DNA of 64,000 nt from IMG/VR virus record IMGVR_UViG_3300031555_002371, positions 92,002 through 156,001 of that record; one strand, written 5' to 3'. This DNA comes from a virus. Its lineage: Duplodnaviria > Caudoviricetes. The notes under the pieces were generated by a model. It was not told the DNA's origin. It made no database searches and saw nothing but the letters and a program-made list of their open reading frames with translations. Of this stretch, positions 1-9,896 are shown in pieces. Position numbers and translations under genes: made by a program. Position 1 is the first letter of the stretch. Every line of letters begins with the position of its first letter.

Positions 1-212
1 GCAAAATCAATAAGCTCTCCAACATTGGATGCACAATCGGTCATCTTTGGCTTTACGATTGTTTCATCCTCTGCTTCGGCAAATGCTTTCTTACGCATAT
101 GCTCCTGTGTAACAATGGTGATGTTAGCGGGATAGCCAAGAATCACAATGATTTCATCAGATAACTTTTTCAAATAATTCTGCACTTCAAAACTTTTCTT
201 TAATGTAATCAC
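1..212 (-). CDS. hypothetical protein (partial, runs off window)
   Basis: AAGGAG RBS and GTG start at 212; frame stays open (MITLKKSFEVQNYLKKLSDE...) to the window edge. Confidence 0.6.
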   Translation of the reverse strand, partial: MITLKKSFEVQNYLKKLSDEIIVILGYPANITIVTQEHMRKKAFAEAEDETIVKPKMTDCASNVGELIDF

Positions 213-448
213 AACTATTTACTCCTTTTGTTTTAATTAAACTATTTATTTAAACTTTTCAATGAGATTTGCGGCTGGCACAGCAGTTGCCATGCCAGCG
301 CACCACAAAGAAAAGAGAAAGATAAAGAAATGAAAGCAGAGGGTATATATCCCTCTATTATACGAAAAAACAGGTTTTTCAGATTCAGTTTTAAGCCTCG
401 AAAGTTTCGGGGCTAAGAGGGGGTAAAATAAAATTCATCTAAAAATTG

Positions 449-1312
449 TTAAACGGAATTTTTATTTTTCTTTCGCTCTCTATCATATGCCTTTACAAAT
501 TCTCGTTGACAACTCACACATCTACAAGTACGATTGTTCTTGGAGTCCACTTGAAATTCATAACCACAATCTACGCATTTGATGGTTTTTATTTCTTGCG
601 GAGAATATTGTGTGCAGGAAGAACAGTATTTCTTCGTACCATTTTTGTTGCCCTTGGTTAAGATATCGCATTCGCTGCAACGAATATAATTTTCTCCTTT
701 GTATTTTAGATACTCATATCCAAGCTCACGGAAGTCATAAACTTGAAATACTTTTTCGCTCTCGTCATCGACAAATGTAACTCGACAACTTAAATTATCA
801 TTTCGTTTTGGCAATTCCAATAGACCCAGTTTGCGCAATTTTCCAATCTTAATGTCGCGGTCTTGTAAGTTGCAAGTAATGCGAGCCAAAGTGAAAATCT
901 CTTTGTCGCCAACGTTAACCCATCCGTTGTTTTGTGCATTTTTAATATTTCCAAGTTTAGCAAGACACAAGAATGTGAAAATCAATCGTTCAAGAACTTT
1001 ATTGTGGATACCCGTTATGGTATCAAGCTCAGATTGAGTAATCCATACACCGTCTATTTGGTATAATGTGTATTTCCCAGCGTTGCTCGCTATACGTTCA
1101 ATATTGGCATCCCAATCGAGTTTATTGTTTTCGTAGTGTGGATAGTTTTTCTCCATAAAATCAATTAGCAGGGAAGTTATTTTCTTCTTTCGATATCCAA
1201 GGTGATGATAATAATATTTTGCCAGAATCGAAAGTGTGGAAAACGGCTTTCCTACAATCTGCCCATTGTTAATACAATTTTCGGCAAATTCTTTTTCGTT
1301 AAGAATAATCAT
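449..1312 (-). CDS. hypothetical phage protein with C-terminal CxxC zinc-ribbon motifs, downstream of the RNAP gene
   Basis: ORF track 290 aa; AGGAGG RBS favours a start near 1312; CSEC/CSSC/CVDC/CVSC pairs. Confidence 0.7.
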   Translation of the reverse strand: MIILNEKEFAENCINNGQIVGKPFSTLSILAKYYYHHLGYRKKKITSLLIDFMEKNYPHYENNKLDWDANIERIASNAGKYTLYQIDGVWITQSELDTITGIHNKVLERLIFTFLCLAKLGNIKNAQNNGWVNVGDKEIFTLARITCNLQDRDIKIGKLRKLGLLELPKRNDNLSCRVTFVDDESEKVFQVYDFRELGYEYLKYKGENYIRCSECDILTKGNKNGTKKYCSSCTQYSPQEIKTIKCVDCGYEFQVDSKNNRTCRCVSCQREFVKAYDRERKKNKNSV

Positions 1313-4106
1313 CAATCTCACCTCCTAATGTTTTGGTTTTCATAACGAAGTCGATTCCGCAATATTGGAAATCGCCAACATCGTCTGTCTGCTCCGGGAA
1401 CTGAATCTGCCCGCCAGAGTTCCTAAGTAAATTTTTTATAATAACATTCCCACTAACATCCCACGCAAACTGTTTGGAATTCTCAGTGTGATAAAGCATA
1501 TCAATAACAATATTACATAATTCATCTTCGTTGGAACAAATTTTTTCGCATTCGCTTTTGAACCACTTGGAACAAACATCTCTTTCCATCCAGAGGTCAT
1601 AAATATCTACCTTTTGGTTCTCACTTTTCTTTTTGAATAGTTCTAACTTCTGAAGGTATTCCTTGTATATTGCATAAACCTTGTTAAAGTCGTGTTTACT
1701 ATATTCCGCGTCACTTTTCAATATAGAGCAATCAAAAGTAGGCTGCTCACACTTCTTTGACAAATACCCTTTAAATGTCTGCTCAAACAACCAGCATATT
1801 CTATTGACGATACAGGCATTTGTTCCAACAGGTTTGAGTTTATAATAATAATCCAAATACTCAATCATTTCTTCGGTCTTATCCTGATATGCTTCAAGCT
1901 CTTGAATTGTGTAAATACCGTATTCCCAGAATCTTCTGGCTACACCTTGATTGTTGCTTTTTTGGTAGAGATTATTTTGAGTTTTAAGGCTTGGATACAC
2001 ATAAGTCATAAAATACGGCTTATTAGCAGCCACAATAGACTTATTAAATTCTTTTCTTTTGATTGCATCCTCGTCATCGGTGTCCTTGATTTTATTGTCT
2101 CGATAACTATACCAATAGCTTGGCATTGATTTTGCGATAACGCCTTTCGCTCTATCAATTGTGTTTTGCTGATAAAGCTGTCCGCACATAATGCGATAAC
2201 CAAGTGTCTCATATTCTATTGTCCCAGGTTCAAATCCTGCTTGAACCTCAAACATTCCGGTGATATGATTTGTTACTGTTCCGATATCGTCGTTAAATGC
2301 AAGTTTGTTTGCTTGTATGATATCATCTTCGCTTGGAATTTTCTTATCCGCTTTTCGCTGTACACACATAATTGTTTTCAGGTTTTGTGTATTATGTAAA
2401 ATAACGGGGTTGTCGGTACACATATTTGTATCACCGTCTTTATCAGCTCCGTTCATAGCGTCACAAGCAGTATCAAAAGCATTGAAAATAAGAGCGGTGG
2501 TGATATACTGATACCAATAGCGAGTGTCCTCGTTATTTGCAAGCCTCATTCTGCGGATATTGTTATGACACGTCATTGGCGCACGAAAACAAGCAATTTC
2601 TTCGGCGGATCGGTCAATCCAATATTTGTGATATACCTCTCCCGCTTTTAGCAATCCTGTGATTTCAAGTCCGAACATACTCTGTGCCAATGCATAAGGG
2701 TCTCCGCTAATCATTGCAAAATTTGCATTGATACGAATTGCGCCCCTCTCACCCATTTCAATACGCTTACGAATCATATTCCAGATTTTGTGACGAATGT
2801 GCGGGTCATTAATCATACGCTTATCTGCCATGAGAGCTTTTACGCAGTAATCTATATTATCGCCAAAGGCGTTTTTTTCGTTTAAGCCGAAACCAGCAAG
2901 AAACACAATACTCTTGCGGTAGTCCATACCCAGAATATCCTTAATCTCATCAATGGTCGGTTGGCAAAGTTCGTATAGTTCTTCGTCAGTAAAATGATAA
3001 CTCTGTAAAAATTGGTAATTGGTGTCTCTAACACCCTCTAATTTGTTAGGTGTAGTTTTGGGTGTGGAGAACTGATAATGATTTTCTTGGCAATTACGAT
3101 AAAAGTCCTCCCAGCTATCATAGCTATCCCAGAGCTTCAACATTGATACAGTAAGAATAACTTCAGCGTTTCTTATATCCCTCTTGTCGCCCCACGCATC
3201 TGTTATCTCATAAGTCCCTGCGACCTTTTCCGCAAACTCCAAAAAGTCAAATGTATATACCATCCCCTTAGTCCATGCATATCGTGTATTCATACCGGCA
3301 ATAGTATGTTCGCCATCACCAGTTAAATACTCATTAACCTTTCTGGAATAAGAGGGGAGCATTAAGCCGTAGCCATCAGAGTCATTGTGTTCGATTTCAA
3401 AATCGTTTTCATAACTCATAATCGGCTCATCACTATTTTCATCATTGAGAAGAATGATATCTTCTTTAAAGCGGGTAATGCAATCATTCACAACAATAAT
3501 ACCGTTTGGCTCTGGTATAGGGACGGAACCAGAGCAGATAAGTGCTTGGTATGCTTCGAGTTTGGCTGGTACAAGCTCTTTTTCTATATTACGCCCATTA
3601 TCAAGTCGCTTTTTTAACTCAGGATATATTTCTTCGTTTACGTAAACAATCGTGGAGTTTTTAATGCCGCCATTTGTGCCGAGAAATCTACGATATCGGA
3701 TAATGCAACTCTTTCCATCAATTTGACCGAAGTTGATTGAGAACCCGTCATTTGCTCTATCATAATCGGCGTTGTTCTCCATGATTACACAAACATAATC
3801 TTTTTGGAACTGCAGATTATACAAATTATCGTAATACTTGTTAATCAGCATTTTTGTTTCTCTTGTTTTTGGTTTTTTCTTTGTGTCTCTAATCTTTCTC
3901 TGAATACATCTTACAGCATCATTGATGTCGTTCTGGTTATTGATTTCATCAATGAAGCGTAAACATTGGCTGTCGTTCAATGCCACTATGCAATCCGGGC
4001 AATCGCGCATAGCAGTTTTCAGAGGGAGAGTAAGATTCCAATTGGCTATTTTAAGTTGTTTGCTCGAAAGTTTATAAATTAATTTGTGACAACTTTTTTG
4101 TTCCAT
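1299..4106 (-). CDS. YonO-like single-subunit (RdRP-fold) RNA polymerase
   Basis: 935 aa; catalytic GADKDGD (DxDGD) motif, DGYGLM and FRAP segments typical of YonO/RdRP-fold enzymes. Confidence 0.85.
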   Translation of the reverse strand: MEQKSCHKLIYKLSSKQLKIANWNLTLPLKTAMRDCPDCIVALNDSQCLRFIDEINNQNDINDAVRCIQRKIRDTKKKPKTRETKMLINKYYDNLYNLQFQKDYVCVIMENNADYDRANDGFSINFGQIDGKSCIIRYRRFLGTNGGIKNSTIVYVNEEIYPELKKRLDNGRNIEKELVPAKLEAYQALICSGSVPIPEPNGIIVVNDCITRFKEDIILLNDENSDEPIMSYENDFEIEHNDSDGYGLMLPSYSRKVNEYLTGDGEHTIAGMNTRYAWTKGMVYTFDFLEFAEKVAGTYEITDAWGDKRDIRNAEVILTVSMLKLWDSYDSWEDFYRNCQENHYQFSTPKTTPNKLEGVRDTNYQFLQSYHFTDEELYELCQPTIDEIKDILGMDYRKSIVFLAGFGLNEKNAFGDNIDYCVKALMADKRMINDPHIRHKIWNMIRKRIEMGERGAIRINANFAMISGDPYALAQSMFGLEITGLLKAGEVYHKYWIDRSAEEIACFRAPMTCHNNIRRMRLANNEDTRYWYQYITTALIFNAFDTACDAMNGADKDGDTNMCTDNPVILHNTQNLKTIMCVQRKADKKIPSEDDIIQANKLAFNDDIGTVTNHITGMFEVQAGFEPGTIEYETLGYRIMCGQLYQQNTIDRAKGVIAKSMPSYWYSYRDNKIKDTDDEDAIKRKEFNKSIVAANKPYFMTYVYPSLKTQNNLYQKSNNQGVARRFWEYGIYTIQELEAYQDKTEEMIEYLDYYYKLKPVGTNACIVNRICWLFEQTFKGYLSKKCEQPTFDCSILKSDAEYSKHDFNKVYAIYKEYLQKLELFKKKSENQKVDIYDLWMERDVCSKWFKSECEKICSNEDELCNIVIDMLYHTENSKQFAWDVSGNVIIKNLLRNSGGQIQFPEQTDDVGDFQYCGIDFVMKTKTLGGEIDDYS

Positions 4107-4190
4107 GCTCTACCTCCAATCTTGTAATATAAAATCTCTCGTTTTCTCTCTTGTTCAGATTTAGTTTTAAGTTTTTAAGTAAAAGGCTTT

Positions 4191-4613
4191 TTACAGCCAC
4201 ACTCTAAATTGTTGTTCTTTTTCAAGCCATCGTGATTGTAGATTTTTCTCGTACTTCAATAAATCCACAATCTGATATATGTAATAACAGTAATCTATCT
4301 CACCATGTCTAATAAGATATAAAACACTATTAATAAAAGCTTCGTATGAAGTTTCCAAACCACAAGATAAATTTGGGTCGGGAAGTGCCGATTCTAATTG
4401 TGCCTGCTTTTTCAATTTCATGAAATCGCGCTGCCAATCATTATTCGTGTACCCCTTTGGTGGCTTTGATAATGTTCTATCTAAATTTGTATATGAGTTC
4501 TCGCCTTGCATATGTGTATATATCCTCCTTTCTTCTATGATGTTTTTAGTCCGCCTGTTAATACAGTTTTCTAATCCTGCACACATTATATCACGGTTAA
4601 GAATATTTGTCAA
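4191..4613 (-). CDS. hypothetical protein
   Basis: 140-aa ORF co-oriented with the RNAP; start uncertain. Confidence 0.5.
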   Translation of the reverse strand: MTNILNRDIMCAGLENCINRRTKNIIEERRIYTHMQGENSYTNLDRTLSKPPKGYTNNDWQRDFMKLKKQAQLESALPDPNLSCGLETSYEAFINSVLYLIRHGEIDYCYYIYQIVDLLKYEKNLQSRWLEKEQQFRVWL

Positions 4614-5007
4614 GTGGTTTTTCAGAAATAGTTATATTTTTTTTGTTAAACCACGTAAAGCTCTTAGCAACAGAGCAAATACGGTTTATCACTATAGCAT
4701 ATAATATATATATAATAATTAAGACTGTCTTACATATAGTCTTAATTTAAGACAGTCTTATATTAAGTATTAATTTATACGAACATCTTATAGTATTTTA
4801 GTCTTATAAGTATAAATTAATACCGATGAGCTTGGTGCAAGATATCATATCGGCAACAAGCTCATACGACCTATTATCGCGTTATTACAAATTTTCGGAA
4901 TGTACTTCCAAAATGTTTACCAGTGTTTATATTTCCGAAATTATAATATGCACAAACGTATTTTCTACATTTATTTACAATTAAAAAGGAAGTTATTTTG
5001 CGAATAT

Positions 5008-5351
5008 CGAAACTTTCGTGATTTGAATTTTTCAAATTCTTTATTTTTGCGGACTATCAAACAAAGTTGTTCAACATTAAAGTTTTTACCGAAAAATCTA
5101 AATATAAATATCGAAACTTTCGTGATTTAATTTTGTTTTTGAGTTATTTCGGGAATAATTTTTTAACTTCGGTAAATTGCGAAACTTTCGGAGTTATAGG
5201 TTAGAATCGATAATTTTCGGCAAACATCGAAACTTTCGTGATTTAATTTTGGCATGGGATTTTTTTATTTATAGATTTTTGGCAGAAAAAATTTTTTTTG
5301 AGAGTGAAGGTGATCACATTCCGGCTTTTGTTCCGGTTCTCGAAAGTCTCG
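5008..5351. repeat. cluster of CGAAA[C/G]TTTCG palindromes
   Basis: copies at 5008, 5112, 5180, 5228 (three extended by TGATTT) and a degenerate copy at 5341; also at 399 and 63903. Confidence 0.85.
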
Positions 5352-5508
5352 AAATGTAAATATATCCCCATATATGCCACAAGTCTATAAAAGTACAAAA
5401 AATAGAGTTATAAACGCCTATAATATAGGTATTTCCCTATTGTATATAATTATTATATATATAACATCATTGTTCCGCTTTTTGATTTTCGGCATGATTT
5501 TCGGTATG

Positions 5509-5660
5509 AGTTAGCCTATGCTAACTAAACGGTTATCAGTCTCCACATCATCGGATTTTATCGGATTTATAGAAAATATAATCATTCAGAACATACCACA
5601 TCATATAGTTAGTCAATGCTAACCATGTATGCCCAGGTTATAAGTTAGCATATGCTAACC
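5509..5660. promoter_or_regulatory. three GTTAGC-N4-GCTAAC-type palindromes (operator-like)
   Basis: 5509-5526, 5607-5624 (one mismatch), 5643-5660; a fourth copy at 14647-14664. Confidence 0.7.
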
Positions 5661-5799
5661 ATTTATGGCGATATTCCGCAAAATCCAGGTTTTTATACAC
5701 TATTCACAAAATACCCATATCCATCTACCATTTGCAAGGCTTGGTATTGTGCAAAAATCACAAATCACAAAAATTTCAAAAAAACTTTTGCAAAACCTC

Positions 5800-5828
5800 T
5801 TGACATACTCAGCAGAGTATGCTATAAT
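5800..5828 (+). promoter_or_regulatory. sigma-A promoter with CATACTC-N4-GAGTATG palindrome across the spacer
   Basis: TTGACA-N17-TATAAT with extended TG. Confidence 0.85.
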
Positions 5829-5919
5829 GGTGTCACGATGAAGGGCGGATCAAAACAAAATCCGCCATCATTCAAAAGTCAATAACTAAATCTGAACAAC
5901 AAAAAGAGAGGTAAACGCA

Positions 5920-6276
5920 ATGATTAAAAATGCAAGACTTGAAAATTTATTTGTTCTTTCCCACAAAGTCACGGTATATGTGCCAGTGACAAAGAACGAC
6001 GAAAACGGCGCGCACGAAATCGATAATACAAAATATGTTGATGATATGGCGCACACATTGGCGAACCTTTTCGGGGGTGCAACATCTACCGATGCTATTG
6101 GTTATTGGGTATCCGATGAAAGAGGACTTGAAAAAGAGAATACAAAGATGGTATTTGCCTATGCCGAAAGCCTTGACGAAATCGATGTTGTAATTGACAA
6201 ATGCGAAGCAATCAAAACCGAATTGAATCAAGATGCAATTGCTCTTGAAATCGATGGTCAAATGTATTTCATCTAA
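5920..6276 (+). CDS. hypothetical early protein
   Basis: GAGG RBS, 118 aa, first gene after the promoter. Confidence 0.75.
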   Translation: MIKNARLENLFVLSHKVTVYVPVTKNDENGAHEIDNTKYVDDMAHTLANLFGGATSTDAIGYWVSDERGLEKENTKMVFAYAESLDEIDVVIDKCEAIKTELNQDAIALEIDGQMYFI

Positions 6277-6332
6277 TGCAGAGTAACGCCCGAAATGGGC
6301 GGTAATGCAACCGAAGGCGGTTACAAGTCCGC
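6277..6332 (+). ncRNA. twister ribozyme (permuted, type-P5-like)
   Basis: TGCA-GA-GTAA-[CGCCC/GGGCG]-G-TAA-TGCA-AC...GCGG-TTACAAGT-CCGC; T1 GUAA/UUAC and T2 AC/GU pseudoknots are both complementary. Confidence 0.85.
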
Positions 6333-7546
6333 GACGATGCAAGCGAACAATGAAAAGAGGTTAAACCATGAAACGAATTGACATTGATAAATGTATCAAG
6401 GCGAAAAGCATTGAAAAGGCATCAAGGATCTTTGCCGAACATCTTACCCGAAACGGTTATGAATGGGCAGCGGAGGAAGTTGTGGAATGCGTGGCGAATG
6501 GGTACTATTGCCAAAGCAATGCAATGGAACACAACCTCCCGAAAGAAAAGGTCACACATCCCACATCATCCGATTGGTCATACTATTGGGCGATTGAGGA
6601 AATAGACGATGGCAAATATTATGCATGGTTTATCGAAAGAATGGAGGAAGATAAAAAAAATGACGGTTTGTATTGAAAGTTATAAGGGAAACGGCAATTA
6701 TTGCGAAATCGAAATAGCGGAAGGATATTCTAATAATATCTATGTTGTTAGTGTTTGCCCGATTGTCAACGAGAAGGAAAGCCTTGTCGGATATCCTTTC
6801 AGAAAAGCGGTATATCCGATTAGCGAAAAGAAAAAAGCGATGGCAACATATAGAAGATATATTAGAACCTATTGCAAGGAAGCGAAGGAAAAGCAATGAA
6901 AAAGCAAATATCTTTTGAATTCATCCAGGAATGCGGAAAAAATTTCACGCCATCCCACAAAATCGCGGAATGGGCGAAACGAAACCGAATGGAAATCAGC
7001 AACCGATATTTCAGTACCTATATCAAGGTAAACGGAATTGAATACACATATCATCATTATCACATCGAAGCAACCGAAAACGGAAAAGAAAAAGTCACGA
7101 TTTATATGGAGGAAATTTGAGATGGCAAAGATTACAAGAGAACAATTCAACAAGTGGAACGCCCAGGCGAAAAACGGTTTTCAATTTGATTTGAAATGTT
7201 TCGCGGTATGGAACGAAAAGACCTTGACAAAGAAAATCAAGATGGAAAACGGCGATATCATCGAATTCAAAATCGAATACAATAAAGAATTTGAAACGAA
7301 AACCAACGAATGGGGATGCAAGTGGAATGTGGAAACGGGTCGATATATCCCGATGCTTTATATCACACATTGGAAACCTTCGACAAGCGGATGTTATCAT
7401 TCAAGCGGAAGGGAAAAATCAGAAGTCCTCGGAAGTCCGGAAAATTCCAAAAAGTACAATGTACTTTGTAAGCTCTCCGAAACGGTCAACACCGACGAAT
7501 ACATGGAAGAATTCACAAAGAAAAGCGCATAATACACAAAATAAAA

Positions 7547-7623
7547 TGCAGACGGAATCCGCCGAAAGGGAGGCGAAACGAAAAGGCGGATTTAATGCAG
7601 CCGATGGAGCGTCCGAAGCCGCT
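7547..7623 (+). ncRNA. twister ribozyme (permuted, type-P5-like)
   Basis: TGCA-GA-CGGA-[ATCCGCC/GGCGGAT]-T-TAA-TGCA-GC...AGCG-TCCGAAGC-CGCT; T1 CGGA/UCCG and T2 GC/GC covary with the first copy. Confidence 0.85.
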
Positions 7624-8391
7624 ATATAGATTAGGAAGGAAAAATGCAATGACACGCCAGGAACGAATGGAAGATATCAAGAATAGATTTGATTTAGCAC
7701 TTGCCGAAAGGAATTTCACCGAACCAGGAACGGAAAATTACAAGACATTATCGGAATGCGCAAAGCTCATTTTGAATGAGTATCAACGGATGCAACGGTC
7801 AAAGCAACATCAACACATCCGATATGGCTTTAGGCTTTACGGAACAACATATCACATAGTAACATTGAATCAATATCAAAGAGTATGAAAGGAAGATATC
7901 AAAATGAAGTTTGCGGAATTTAGAGCGGAAATCATCAAGGCATACATGAAACACTTCCCGAATGGGCATTGCGCGGTAGAGCTTTATAAATGCCTCGGAA
8001 ATAGTATCACAATTGATTGTCACATCTCACCGAATGGAAGATGCGGAAACGATATGATGATGGTTTGCCTTCGTTTGGAATTGCCCGATAGATTTAATAT
8101 ATCGGAAGATAACCTTCCCGAAAGCATGACGATGGAGGCATGGCGTAATTACTATTTGACTATTCCCGATAATAAATATATGGCGTATGGAAGCAATAAG
8201 GCAGCATTCCGGAAATCAAGCGGAACGGCGGAAAAGATGGTCAACGTGGCGGAAAAATTCTTTTCCAGGCTCTACGAATCCATCAAGGCGGATTATCTCG
8301 GCGGAAGAATTCATAAAGATCATGCGGAATATGTGAAGGCGAATGTTGAAAAATAATTCTGAAAATTTCAAAAAACTTTTACAAAACCACC

Positions 8392-8420
8392 TTGACATAC
8401 TCGGCAGAGTATGATATAAT
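8392..8420 (+). promoter_or_regulatory. sigma-A promoter with CATACTC-N4-GAGTATG palindrome
   Basis: TTGACA-N17-TATAAT. Confidence 0.85.
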
Positions 8421-8780
8421 ATAGGTGTAATAAGGAAAGCAACGGAGGAACATCACATGGAAATCATTAAAATCGGAAGCGTTGAGTTAACCAAAGAGGA
8501 AGCGGAAAAGCTCTACGAAAGCGGAAAATACATCGTAACATTTAGCCGTATTTATCAATTGCATTATAGCAATGCACAAAAAAGAGTATACGGAACGGAA
8601 ATTTATAGGCAGCAAGGCATGGCACGACGCGGAAGATTTTATGCTATGGATGCAAAGACGGTCAATCATCTTCTCGGTTTTGCATTGGTAAATGAGGATA
8701 TATAAGATGAAAAGAAACGAAATCCGGTTACGACCCGATTATGCGGAAGATTGAAAAGTACATCAAGGAGGAAAAGTAAA

Positions 8781-9236
8781 ATGCAAAGATATGGGGCTTT
8801 TGAAAAGAGAATGAATATCGCAGGAAAATTTCATAAGGTTAGCGAAGATCCTATTGTGATTGGATTTATCGGAAACGTAAATGCGGAAGATTTGAATGCG
8901 GAAACCATCGAATATATAAAAACCTTTTATAATGTGAGAGGGAAGAATCATCACATGACAAAAGATTATAAAGTGAAAATCAATCAAAGCCTTTATAATA
9001 GTTTTATGGTTATTGATGAAAACCATTTTGAATTTGAATATAGACTTTTGAGCCGATGCAAGCAGGATTGTGAATACTATCTCGGATACGGCGGAAGATG
9101 TGATAAACACCTATGGGCAGGGAATCCGAAAGATCATATCGCAAAGATGCGCGAGCTTTACAACATCGTACCCGAAAAGCCGGAATGGTTGACCGAAGAA
9201 CAAATAAACGAATACGCCGAAAGGATGGGAGTATAA
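8781..9236 (+). CDS. LPD11 (large polyvalent protein-associated domain) protein
   Basis: YRLLSRCKQDCEYYLGYG...LWAG...EKPEWLTEEQINEY motif. Confidence 0.7.
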   Translation: MQRYGAFEKRMNIAGKFHKVSEDPIVIGFIGNVNAEDLNAETIEYIKTFYNVRGKNHHMTKDYKVKINQSLYNSFMVIDENHFEFEYRLLSRCKQDCEYYLGYGGRCDKHLWAGNPKDHIAKMRELYNIVPEKPEWLTEEQINEYAERMGV

Positions 9237-9237
9237 G

Positions 9238-9639
9238 ATGGAAGTTTTGAACATGGAAAACGTCAACGAGATATGGGAATACGCTTGCAGCGGAGAGATT
9301 GAAAATCTCAAAGCGTATTATGAGAACGGCGGACAAAAGGATGCGAGATATTACGGATGCGGAAAATATCATTCCTTGATTATGGGAGCATTAAGGAATG
9401 AACAATATGAAACCGTTGAATACCTTTTGAGCGTTGGCGAAACGGTCAGAGCCGATGAAGTTATGGAGTTTAACAGCGCATACGGATTTGAAAAAAGCAT
9501 TGAACGCCTTGAGGAATTGTTCAGAGCCTCCCTTGATTGGATGCGCCAGCATATGCCCAAAGATGAATATATCAATGTGATGTATGATAAATTGAGCATG
9601 ACACCGGGCGAAATCGTAAAGTATAGCAAAGAGTATTAA
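9238..9639 (+). CDS. ankyrin-repeat-like protein
   Basis: SLIMGALRNEQYETVEYLLSVG resembles one ankyrin repeat. Confidence 0.45.
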   Translation: MEVLNMENVNEIWEYACSGEIENLKAYYENGGQKDARYYGCGKYHSLIMGALRNEQYETVEYLLSVGETVRADEVMEFNSAYGFEKSIERLEELFRASLDWMRQHMPKDEYINVMYDKLSMTPGEIVKYSKEY

Positions 9640-9847
9640 AAGGAGATGTAAAGATGGAAATTATCGGTGGAATTATAGTCACATTCAATATCTTTTTGGT
9701 GTTGGGCATTGTCGGTGGAATAGAGCATAACACAATATCAATGTCAACCGGATTTTTGATTTGCATGGCGATTATCGGAATAACCGCATTGATATTCAAA
9801 GGAATGGAAGTTTTTCAAAAGATAAAAAAATAAATCTGAAAAACCTC

Positions 9848-9896
9848 TTGACAAATCAGAGCGAACGTGATATAATGTGTATAGTAAATGAGTTAC
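9848..9896 (+). promoter_or_regulatory. sigma-A promoter plus downstream GTAA-N5-TTAC operator
   Basis: TTGACA-N17-TATAAT; GTAAATGAGTTAC at 9884-9896. Confidence 0.85.
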
